Part shown: in pieces, positions 30,273 to 41,280 of the stretch | Position numbering within the stretch: the first letter of the stretch is position 1 | How the letters are laid out: the number at the start of each line of letters is the position of its first letter | Source of the DNA: the human T2T-CHM13v2.0 reference genome, Homo sapiens | Assembly: GCF_009914755.1 (NCBI RefSeq) | Contig: NC_060925.1 | Length of the DNA stretch: 64,000 bases | Direction: 5' to 3' (one strand) | Program-made: the position numbers and the translations under genes | Notes under the pieces: generated by a model | What the model was told of the DNA's origin: nothing | What the model saw: only the letters and a program-made list of their open reading frames with translations | The model's database searches: none

Positions 30273-30450
30273 TTCACTTAGAAACTCTAAAGTACTGTAC
30301 AAATGTTAGGTGTCTTATTCAAATATCAGATCCTCTTTTGGTTGATTAGAGTTTCTATCCAATGCTGATACCCTGGAATGTCACAAACAAATTCTTCTAA
30401 CAAAGACAGACATAGACAGATTCCAATTCTCACCCTCTCACTTATTAACA

Positions 30451-30741
30451 AATCCCAGCACTTTGGGAGGCCGAGGCGGGTGGATCACTAGGTCAAGAGA
30501 TTGAGACTATCCTGGCTAACACGGTGAAACCCCGTCTCTACTAAAAATACAAAAAAAAAAAATTAGCTGGGCGTGGTGGTGGGTGCCTGTAGTCCCAGCT
30601 ACTCGGGAGGCTGAGGCAGGAGAATGGCGTGAACCCAGGAGGCGGAGCTTGCAGAGCCGAGATCATGCCACTGCACTCCAGCCTGGGCGACAGAGCAAGT
30701 CTCCGTCTCAAAAAAACAAACAAACAAACAAACAAAAAAAC
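30451..30741 (+). mobile_element. AluY, 5'-truncated, inserted in a MIR with ~50-bp flanking duplication
   Basis: Starts at aatcccagcactttggg; gctaacacggtg and gaatggcgtgaaccc; (CAAA)n tail. Confidence 0.95.
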
Positions 30742-30990
30742 ACAAGGACAGACATAGATAGATTCCAATTCTCATTCTCTCACTTATTAACTTTATGTTA
30801 TCAACTTTATGTTAATAAGTGAGAGAATAAGTTATGAAACCTCTCTCAAACTCAGTGTTTTTGTCTGTAAAAAGGAGAAAGTAATACCTACCTCCCAAAG
30901 TGATAATGTCCACCTGACAGGAGTGCTGTGAGAACTGAGTAGTAGATGACAACTGGCACAGCACCTGGCTCTGAGGAGGCACTCAATCTA
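30742..30990 (+). mobile_element. MIR SINE (its 5' part duplicated at 30400-30449)
   Basis: gacagac...ttccaattctc...cacttattaac...aagttatgaaacctctctcaaactcagtgtttttgtctgtaaaaaggaga...taatacctacctc. Confidence 0.75.
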
Positions 30991-31354
30991 TCTCCCTTGA
31001 CTGACTAGATTAGCCTTGTTGGACAAATCTGGGAGACCATGAAGTCTTTTTACATGGCTTTTAAATATATGCCATGCATTTTTTATGCCCTGCGTTTTGG
31101 TGTATGATTGTATCCTGGACGAATCCTACCTGTAACCAAATCAGTCATGAAGGTAACTGCATTAGATGGAAAGCTACAAAGCAGAAATGCCAACCAGATC
31201 AAAACATTCCTCACTGGCTCACCACAATGCCAAACAAAAACAAAAACAAAAAAAAGGCCCACAGTTGACTGTTCAGAAATCCTTTATCTTGCAAATATAC
31301 CTCATGGATACAAATTATTAAACTGTTACTAATATTTTAATATAAAATTGTAAC

Positions 31355-32175
31355 ACAAAATAATCTCAGATTTGAAAGAGTCCCTAAATGCAGCAAGGGC
31401 ATGCATTTTACTTTTCTTGGGATAGTTCAAATTTACGCCTGTTTTTTGATACAATTGTTATCAGCAGCCCCGGATACTCTTGTCCTGGTTTGGATAATAA
31501 ATGGCATGGTCATCCTACCTAAAAATATCTGTCTAGTCTTCATCTCATACTTAAATGCTTTCTACAATACCCCTATCACATGGCTAGCATTTGGCTTGAA
31601 CCGTTTTTCTGACAGAGAACTTACTACCCCCTGAGAAAGTCTAATATATCATGGTTTTGTTTTGTTAGGTCTTTCTTAAAATAAGATAATTGGGTCTGGT
31701 TTTTGCTTCTACCCTTTGGTTCTCACCATAACCTATGGTTATACAGAACAAGTCTGCCTCTTTTCCTGCATGACAGACCTTTGAATATTTGAAGAGAGCA
31801 GTTATGTCCTGCCTGAGTTTGCTCATTTTCTGACTTTGAATCCCCATCTCTTAGTTCAATTGTTCTTTGTATAACTGGCCATAGAATTTCTTCACCTTTC
31901 TGACTGCGCTTTTCTGAATGCATTACAGTTTATCTTTGTCCATGCCTAAGTGAATTGCCCAGAAAACAACAACATAATACAACTATGGTTTGCCTAATAT
32001 CAAGAAAAGCATGACCAAGAACACTGCCTTGGGGTATTATGTTTCTAATAACTAAACTAAAAATCCAGTAGTTGTTCTGATCATCACATCAAACTATTAT
32101 ATTTTTTAGAAATTATTTTCCAAAAACAAAGCCATGCTTTCTCCATTCCAGTAATTGTGAAAGTGAGATTTTGGT
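31355..32175 (-). mobile_element. L3/CR1 LINE 3' portion
   Basis: ORF 31665-31847 KLRQDITALFKYSKVCHAGKEADLFC resembles the CR1 ORF2 C-terminus (RLRGDLIAVFKYLKG...DLF); atgacagacctttgaatatttgaagagagc. Confidence 0.8.
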
Positions 32176-32717
32176 ATTCACAGTAGAGAGTGAATTTGCT
32201 TTGAGGAATCAAGGCATTGAGAGGACACAGTTGTTAAGAAGGAAAGAACTTGTCCGGGAAGGGAAAGTTTGAATGTTTTCTTCGTGGGTGGGAGTATAGC
32301 AGAAGGACCCAAATCAATAAAGAACAGGAAACTTGCTGTGGACAACATTATTAGTGTGAGCCAATGCTTCAGATTTTCATCCCTTTCCTGGACCAAGGGA
32401 AGATTAACTTTTGTGCAGGGCCATGTGCCTAGTGATGGCCAGTGGGTTTTGATAAGGGGTGATGAACATTAATTTGAGGTATGCGATTTTTCATGTTTCC
32501 TTCCACTACTAAGTAGATTCCTGAAGCATCATGTTGAGGTGGAGTTGTCACTATATTAACACAGTCTGAAACACTAAGCCACCATATGGGAACACCTGTC
32601 TTGGACAGTCATCCACTTTTACACTTGTTAAGGCCTACACTGACTGTGTACTTGTTATTAGAGGAGGTCTGAGTCTATATACATTGAGGAGATAGTCAAC
32701 ACATGATTCATGGCTTC

Positions 32718-32930
32718 CATTTACTAATCACTTACCAAGTGATAAGCGCTGTACTGAGCACTATCCATAGATTTTCTCACTCTGTCTTTCTAATTATCCC
32801 CAAGACATGCATTAGTTCTAATATACAAACACCAGAGGTGAGGTTAGTTCTTAAGAGGTTAGCTAGCTAGTTTTTGAATGTGGGTCTGTATGGTGTCAAG
32901 CTCTGTTCTCGCTGCTGCATTATGCTGCTC
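32718..32930 (-). mobile_element. MIR SINE
   Basis: catttactaatcacttac...gcgctgtactgagcact...gaggtgaggttag...gggtctgtatgg. Confidence 0.55.
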
Positions 32931-33014
32931 TTACACACTTAGCTATACTATTTTGGTGTCCCTGTTGACAAGATGAAGGCGATTATGTTAAGTGTGAAAA
33001 GAGAATACATTAGT

Positions 33015-33132
33015 GATTCATTCAACAGTTCAATCTGCCTTTCAGTAAGCTTTTATTGAGCAATAATTATAAACTTAGTGCAATCCTAGAGATTAGATAT
33101 AAAGATAATTAAGCTAAGGCTCCTACCCCTCT
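33015..33132 (-). mobile_element. L2 3' fragment
   Basis: attcattcaaca...tttattgagca...tagagattagatataaagataa. Confidence 0.45.
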
Positions 33133-33203
33133 CACCTATCTTTTCTTCCTTTCTCTTTCCTTCATTTTATTGGGTCACAATTCTTCCATAGGTTTTTTCC
33201 CCC

Positions 33204-33320
33204 TTTTTTAGAGATGCTCCCTATGTTGCCTGGGCTGGACTCAAACTCTCAGGCTCAAGGATCCTCCCACCTTAGCCTCCTGAGTAACTGGGACAAGAGA
33301 TGCATGCCACCGTGCCAAAC
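33204..33320 (-). mobile_element. FLAM (free left Alu monomer)
   Basis: Single monomer: agagatg...ctatgttgcctgggctgg...ggctcaaggatcctcccaccttagcctcc...gccaccgtgcc. Confidence 0.85.
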
Positions 33321-33725
33321 TCCTTCCCATTCTTAATATTCCTTCCAGTGAAATGAGTTCAATTATTGTAACTCTGGATATCTCTATAATTTTACTCACT
33401 CTGTCTCTGGGTAAGAAGAATGATGTAACGGATTGGTCGTTTTGGGTAAAATAACTAAATATTCTCAGTCCACCTTCCTTTGTTCTTCTTCTTGGGAGGG
33501 GACTTGACTTCTGGAAGCTCAGTTCTCCTCTCTTCTTTACTGTTTGTCTTTTCTGTGCTAATTCCTTCCACCTGGGAAGGCCTGTTCTAACTCCATTTTC
33601 CCTATGAGGGAGTGAGCTAATCAGTCTAATTTTGGAAATTAGTGGCCAAGCTCATTTGACTCTGACATTAGTCAACCTTCTCTAACATAACTTCTATTAA
33701 TAATAAAAAGTGCCATTTTGGCCTC

Positions 33726-34318
33726 TGTATTAGTTTTCTATGGTTGTACAAGAAATTACCACAAACTGCAAGGTAGAAACCAACACAAATGTATTTTCTC
33801 ATGGTTTTTGTAGGTGAGCAGTCTCGATATGCTATCTAGCTCATTTCTCTGCTCAGGATCTCACTAGGCTGAAATCCAGAAGTTGACTAACGTTGCAGTT
33901 CTCATCTGTGCTTAGAGTTCTTCTCCTTGCCAACTGGCTGTTGGAAGACTTCATTTCCTTGCTGGCTTTCAGTTTGGGGCTCCAGACAGCATCTAAAGGC
34001 TGCCCATATTTCTTACCCCACAATCTCCTTCATCTTTATGGCAGCCATAGCAACTCAAATCCTTCTTTTGCTTTGTATGTCTGGCTTTGATGACTGACCA
34101 GAGAATACTCTTCGCTTTTAAAGGGCTCATGTGATCGTATCAGCCCACTTGGATAATCTCCCTATCTTAAGGCCAACTATGCCATATAACAAAATCTAAA
34201 CGCAAGAGTAAAATTCATCATAGTCACAGTCCCAGAGATTATGCAGTACATGTATTCTGGGTGTATGTGTTGCAGTGAGGAGGAACTTGAGGGTCACCTT
34301 AGAATTCTGACTATTGCA
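33726..34318 (-). mobile_element. MLT1E-type MaLR solo LTR
   Basis: tgtattagttttctatgg...aattaccacaaac...gcttttaaagggctcatgtgat...ggataatctccctatcttaagg...cttagaattctg. Confidence 0.85.
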
Positions 34319-34717
34319 GCTTCCATCTTTTTTTTATTATATTTCTCAGACTGTCTAGAAGTGATGGAAGAGGAGTAGATTTTGTTTATTGGGATTCCCT
34401 TAATGCTTTTGATAATTTCTTTTTTTTTCCTGTCTCTATTGTTTATGTATCTTCCTCTTTTTGATGATAGAAAACAAAAGAAAAATTGACCACACATAAA
34501 TAACATATTCACACACACACAAACTTATATTTTGCATTCTAATTGGAAGAATGAAAAATTGCAAAGGTTAATGAATATATTGAAGCAGCAATTCCTGGAG
34601 CTGGGTAAGAATGGAGAGGAGTTGGAGAGGACTTATGGAGTAACTGTTCTATCCATAGTGTCAGCTTCATTCTTTCTTTCTTCTTGGAATTAGAATCAAA
34701 TGGTTGTCAAAGGAGCA

Positions 34718-34738
34718 CTAACCCTAACCCTAACCCTA
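34718..34738. repeat. Short interstitial telomeric repeat (CCCTAA)x3.5
   Basis: ctaaccctaaccctaacccta. Confidence 0.85.
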
Positions 34739-34768
34739 GCCAGAATCCCCTTTAGGTGTGCCTAAATA

Positions 34769-34794
34769 CAGGCATACCTCCTTTTATTGGCTTC
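34769..34794 (+). mobile_element. Orphan Tigger1 left terminus
   Basis: TA|caggcatacctccttttattggcttc versus the Tigger1 start CAGGCATACCTCGTTTTATTGCGCTTC. Confidence 0.75.
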
Positions 34795-35984
34795 TTCCTT
34801 AAATCCAAAGCTTCATTTTACAGTTTCTCAATAGGTTTCTTATGACAAAGTTTTACTATGACTCTTTCTTTACATGCAGTCTGCCTACAAGAAATTATTC
34901 AAAACTTTCTCAGAATGAAATTCCTGGGATTTAAGGGTCCCTTCATATTATCTCCATATTTGTTATATTGCAAGACCTTAAATTTAAAAATATATATATC
35001 TACTAGGCTATGTACAAATTTACAATTTTAGGCCTGGCAGGTTAGTTAAGGAAAGGCCGTGATTTATTACACCGACACCACTGACATAGGTAGCTAGAGC
35101 TCCTTATGTACAATACTCTTAAAACCTCTGAGATATTCATAGCACAGTCTCATTTTACATAGAAAAAAAGTTGTCAAGACCTTGTGGCTAGTCAGAAGTG
35201 AGAAAAGACAATGACGAATGGAAATACATATTGTTTTATAATAACTTTTCTGTTCACTGGAAGAAAACACCATGTTAATTACTGAATTGAATGTGAACAC
35301 TAAGTTGTTTTGTAAGACGCTTACTATGAAGAGCTTAAATAAAAGCAGAATCATCTTTGTTTATAAAATGCAAACTATGAATTCACCTAAACTCATACAA
35401 TCTATGAGAAACTATCTAAAAATATTCACTTCTATAAAAGATGGGTATTGCTGGTGAGAGAGATTTGATAACTAAATTAATTATACTCCATCATTTGAGC
35501 CCATGACATAATAGATGACAACATTAAATGATCAAAATGTATGATTTTTCTGTAAAAACACTCAAATAAAAAAATAAAATGATTCTGGCAAATTAACTGG
35601 AAATACGACATACCTTCTTTTATTGCCTTTCACTTAGCAGTTACTGCCTTTTTACAAAGGGAAGATTTGTGGCCATCCTGCATCCAGCAAGTCTATCAGT
35701 ACCATTTTTTCAACAGCACATGCTAACTTCCTGTCTCTTTGTAATATTTTGGTAATACTCATAATATTTCAAACTTTTTCATTATAGTGATCTTTGATGT
35801 TACTATTGTAAATTTTTGGAGCACCATGATTTGTGCCTGATAAAATCAGAAAATTTAATAAATGTGTGTGTCTGCCTGCTCCACTGACAAGCCATTCTTT
35901 CTTCTTTCTCCCTCTCCTCAGGCCTCCCTATTTCCCAAGACACAACGATATTGTATTATAATTATGCCAGTTAGTAAGTAAATA

Positions 35985-37970
35985 ATGGCCTCTAAGTGTT
36001 CAGGTGAAAGGAGAAGCTGTGCGTGTCTCACTTTAAATCAAAAGCTCAAAATGATTAAGCCTAGTGAGGAAGGCATGTAGGAAGACGAGATAGGCTGAAG
36101 CTAAGCCTGTTGCCACAGACAGTTAGCTAAATTATCAATACAAGAGCAAAGTTCTTGAAATGAAAAGTGTTACTCAGTTGAACACATGAATGATAAGAAA
36201 GTAAAATGCCCTTATTGCTAATATGAAGAAACTTCTAGTGATCTGGATAGAAGGCCAAATCAGCCATAGCATTTCTTTAAGCCAAAGCCTAATCCAGAGC
36301 AAGATCATAAATCTCCTTAGTTTTATGAAAGCTGAGAGAGGTTAGGAAACTGCAGAAGGAAAGTTGGAAGCTAGCAGAGGTTGGTTCATGAGGTTTAAGA
36401 AAAAAAGCCATCTCTGTATGATGAAAGTACAAGATAAAGCAACAAATGCTGACGTAAAAGCTGCAGCAAGTTATTCAGAAGATCTAAGATTCTTGATGAA
36501 CATGGCTACACTAAGGGACAGATTTTCAATGTAGACAAAACAGTTTTCTAATGTAAGAAGATGCTTTCTAGGACTTTCATAGCTAGAGAGAAGTTAGTGC
36601 TTGGCTCCAAAGCTTCAAACAACTGCCCTTCCCTTCCCTTCCCTTCACTTCCCTTCCCTTCCCTTCCCTTCCCTTCCCTTCCCTTCCCTTCCTTTCCCTC
36701 CCCTCCCCTCCCCTCTCTTCCCTTCTCTTCCCTTCTCCCTCTTGTCTTTTCTTTCTTTCTCCTTCCTTCCTTCCTTCCCTCCTTCCTTCCTCCCTCCCTC
36801 CATCCTTCATTTCCCTTTCCCTTCCCTTCTCTTCCCTTCTCTGCCTCTCTAGTTGTGTGAAGGCTGACTCTGTTGTTAGGGGCTGTTGCATCTGGGGATT
36901 TGAAGTTGAAGCCAATTTTCATTTACCATTCTGAAAATCCTAGGGCCCTTAATAATTATGCTAAATCTACTCTGGCTGTCTTCTATAAATGGGACAACAA
37001 ATCCTGGGTGACAGCACATCTATTTACTGAATATTTTAAGACCATTTTTGAAGCCTACTTCTCAGCAAAAAATATTCCTTTTAAAATATTATTGCCCATT
37101 AACAATGCTCCCAGTCACCCAAGAGCTCTGGTAATAATGTACAAGGAGATAAATGTTTTCATGCCTGGTAACACAACATCCATTCTTTGGCCTATTAATC
37201 AAGGAGTAATTTTGACTTTCAAGTTTTATTATTTAAGAAATATATTTCATAAGGCTATTGCTGTCATAAATAATGATTCCCCGATGGATCCAGGAAAAGT
37301 AAATTGAAAACAGTCTGGAAAATATTTGCCATTCTAGGTGCCATTAAGAACATTCATGATTCATGGGAGGAGGGCAAAATATCAACAGTAACAGGAGTAT
37401 GGAAGAAGTTGATTCCAACTCTCATAAATGACTGTGAGAGGTTCAAGACTTCAGTGGAGGAAGTAACTGCAGTTGTGGTGGAAATAGCTAGAGAACTACA
37501 ATTAGAAGTGGAACCTGAAGAAGTGACTGAGTAGCTGCAACCTATGATAAAACTTGAATTGATGAGGAGTTACTTCTTACAGATGAGCAAAGTAAGTGCT
37601 TTCTTGAGATAGAATCTCCTCCTGGTAAAGACGCTTTGAACACTGTTAAAATAACAACAAGGAATTTAGAATAGTACATAAACTTAGTTGATAAAGCAGC
37701 AGCAGGGGTTGAGAGGATTGACTCCAATTTTGGAGGAAGTTCTTCTACTTGAAGTAAAATACTATCAACCAGTATCACATGCTGCAGAGAAATATTTTAT
37801 GAAAGGGAGAGTCAATCAATCAGACAAACTTCACTGTCTTATTTTAAGAAATTGCCACAGATACCTCAACCTTCAGCAACCACCACCAAGATCAGTAAGC
37901 AGCCATCAAAATCAAGGTGAGACACTCCACCAGCAAAAAGAGCCTGACTTGCTGAAGAATCAAATGATAG
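35985..37970 (+). pseudogene. Disrupted Tigger1 transposase (CENP-B-type HTH plus DDE)
   Basis: ATG at 35985 gives MASKCSGERRS...LTLNQKLKMIK; ORFs 36873-37307 ([17 protein letters not shown]...NNAPSHP...[18 protein letters not shown]) and 37304-37534; many stops and frameshifts. Confidence 0.9.
36626..36850. repeat. Polypyrimidine (CCCTT)n/(CCTT)n compound microsatellite inside Tigger1
   Basis: ~220 bp of almost pure C/T. Confidence 0.97.
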
Positions 37971-40589
37971 CATTTGCGGCAGTAACATATTTTAATTAAG
38001 TTATACACATTGTTTTGTTAGGTGTAATCATATTGCACACTTAATAGACTTAAAAATACACAGTATAGTGTACACATGAATCTGATATGTGCTGAGAAAC
38101 CAAAAAATATGTGTGACTCTTTTTTGCAATATCCACTTTATTGGGGTGGTCTGGAACTGAACTTGCAATATCTCTGTGGTATGCCTGTATACCAAAGAAG
38201 TTCATAATAATTTCAGAAACGTCCTGCTTCAGGGCTAGTAAGGCAGATCCCAAGATTACTGAATTCCATACACATGCCCAGTGTTGAGTTGGCAAATCAC
38301 CTTCTAGGTTGAGTGGCATATTTGACAACTGGAGATTATACAACTATAAAATCAAGGCAAACATTGAAGTCCTTTTCTTCCAGGCTTGTTGAAAAGAAAT
38401 GAAGACTTGCTCTTTTTTTCGTGTATTCTGGGTAGATGTTTAGGGATTGCAAGGATTTCAGCCAACAGAATCTTGTCAAAATTCCTGAATTGATTCTTCA
38501 TGGCTGTGAGTCCTCATGCTGTGCAGTGTTGGTCACACTGCAGTGCAGAGCATGGCATGCTTCCCACTGGCAACAGGGTGTTAGACCATTGGCTTCTCTC
38601 CAGTACTAACAATCATTGCTACTTCTGGGGAAATTGTGCCACCTTTTTATGCTGCATGAAGTGTCTTAAATAGGCATTTAATTTATTCACTGTAACAGTT
38701 GCCTTTGTTGAATAAATATCAACTGCTTATTAGAAACCTATTTATTGAAGATGAGCAGCTATATCATAGACACATATCAAATTTATGGTTACTAAATCTC
38801 ACTTAACATGCTTTGAATATTCTATTGGTCTTTAACACACTGTACCAAGATGACTGTATTTATTCTAACCTTTCAAACAAAAATAGCTGCTATTGAATAC
38901 AATGTATAATTTTTATTCTCTCAGGCTTATTTATGCAATGTTAAAAACAATGTGATAGGTACCTACTCTATATTACTTGTAGTGGTTAAGAATTTCAATA
39001 AATGTGTTTTTAATATTCATTTGATTTTCAATCAACAGAAATTATCTTATTAAATGTGTGAGATATTTATAATATTTATTGTAATATGTTACCCCAAATT
39101 CCTCCTAATCTCCTACTAGCTCTCTTGGGAAGAAGTGGAAACTCTGTTATTAGGAAAAGGATTACTTAATTTGTTCCACAACAAAGCCCTGTAACAGGGC
39201 TAATCTGGTTGGAGATTCAATTGACAAATTGGCAGCTAGGATTCTCACCCAAGCAACAATGAACGAGAAAGTTTGCTTTTTTCAAATGTGACATGTTCTC
39301 TCATTCAAGAAGCTGTCAGCAGTTGTACATGCTTCTGGTATACTGAATAATTGAATTGGGCCATTTTCAGAATACAACACTAGTGTTTTATTATTATTAT
39401 TTTGTACTATTGGTTATGAAATGAGTGTAGTCTCTCTTCACTGAGGCTGATGAGGCTTTCAGCTGGCAGCTGACATTTCTAAACCTATCATCATAAGAAA
39501 GGGCTACCTAAGATCTGGCATTTCCCATTAAAAAGACTGTGAGTTGAGACATCTGTAATTTGAATTGTTTTCTACTGATTATTTTTTGTTTTCTGATTTT
39601 TAAAAATGCTAAAAGATTTTTTTTTCTTCAATCTGTCTTACTGGATTCCTTTTAAACAAATGAGTTGTAAGAACAAGCAGCAAAATTTATAAACGTAGAA
39701 TATATAGATTCTAGCTGTCAGAAACCATGTTGTCTATTTGGGGAGTGTTTTAATATCTCAAAAAACAAACTTCTATACAAGATTGGTATTTTAAAATGAA
39801 AATTGGAATTGAATAACTCACAGGAAACAAGATATTTTAGGTAAGAATAATCAAGTTAATTTAGAGTCCTATCTGACCCCTGTAATAACCCCAGTGAGGG
39901 TAACTACTTCCCAAAGGGCATTAGGATATTTTCATGAGGTCATCAACAATAAATAAACTATTATACATGTTGTTTTAAATGCTTCCAATGCAATTTATTT
40001 TATTATCAAACGATTTGATGGGAATCATCCTTTATAAACATCATGAAACATTTGTTAAAGTTTTTTTTTTTTTTTAATCCTCTGACTCTGTTGATTATCT
40101 TCTTCTCTAGACAAGAGTCAGGCATGTTGTAAGCATTATCTGGGGACTGAGCATTTCCTTGCAAGCCATTCTGCAAAGGTCAACAGAGCAAGAGATTATC
40201 CCCTATTGGTTATAGAAGCTAACCCATCCACTTCAAAAGAGCCAACAGTTTCTTGCTCTTTGTGAAATCAGTCATAATCAATGGGATGTAAAGATTACAT
40301 TTCTGCCTCTAGTCACACACCCTGTTTCTTTTGCATTAGTATTGATTTAGTCATGAGTCTATTTAACCATTAAAGGCATTACTGTATTCCCAAATCCTGC
40401 ATTTAAAGAAATCCAGAGTGTCTTATTGAGAATTAAGAAAACAGACGGGTCTATCTCCCTTAAGTTACATTGGATTGGATTATGTTGAAAAAAAATCACC
40501 ATTAGGTAGTTATTTATGCACATGGAGGAATTGCCTATGATTTTTGAATAAGTAGAATAGTTGTTTCAATTTTGAGATAATAATAATGA

Positions 40590-40822
40590 TAAAATAAATA
40601 ATAATATAGTTATTGATTAAATGAGCCAGGCCTTATAGTGAGCATTTTGTACATTATGCATTTAGTCCTCAGAACAAAGCAGTTTATATACCACTTTGCT
40701 GATTAAAAAATGGACACAACTAAGTAATTTATGCAGTCACACCACTATTAAGTGTTGACCCTAATATTAAAACTGGAATCTGTCCGAAGACAAACTCAGT
40801 ACTTTAACCACTATGCTATACT
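40590..40822 (-). mobile_element. MIR SINE
   Basis: gagccaggcctt...catttagtcctcagaacaa...taagtaatttatgcagtcacac...actttaaccactatgctatact. Confidence 0.7.
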
Positions 40823-41160
40823 ATTTCCAATACTTTAAAATACATTTGGTGTTTTGAAAATTTAGTTGATTTTACATGACAATAAAAGTTGTTGATAGCC
40901 ACTTCCTGGTGTGTTACTCAGTGTCTTACAGGAATCTGGCCTTTATCCAGCTTTCTTGAAACATTGAACAGCTAGAATAGACTACTTAATTGTATTTTCC
41001 AATGATAATTTCCAGCTCAATAGAAAAATATCCATGTGAAATAGTATTTATCACAATGAGTGAAACCACAGTTACTTGCTTCTCCTGTTACTATTTTTGT
41101 TTGTTTCTTCAATAGTTAAACTTGCACTGAAATAATACCAAATGTGTGATGTGTTTACAG

Positions 41161-41280
41161 AAAAAAGGAAGGAAGGAAGGAAAAGAGGAAGGAAGGAAGG
41201 CAGGAAGGAAAAATGGAAGGAAGGAAGGAAGGAAAGAAGGAAGGAGATTGAAAGAGAAAGAGAATGAGGAAAGAAAGTAG
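41161..41280. repeat. Interrupted (GGAA)n microsatellite
   Basis: Runs of up to 5 consecutive GGAA units. Confidence 0.95.

Larger units (their letters stand above)
35606..38187 (+). mobile_element. Tigger1 DNA transposon, near full length
   Basis: TA on both sides; left end cgacataccttcttttattg, right end ...ggtatgcctg; internal pogo-family transposase remnant. Confidence 0.97.

Noticed and set aside
36548-36922. Four overlapping 83-124 aa ORFs
   Set aside because: Stop-free read-through of the (CCCTT)n tract giving low-complexity peptides
35985-37999. Domesticated TIGD1-like gene
   Set aside because: Early stop, frameshifts and a microsatellite insertion; an ordinary decayed Tigger1
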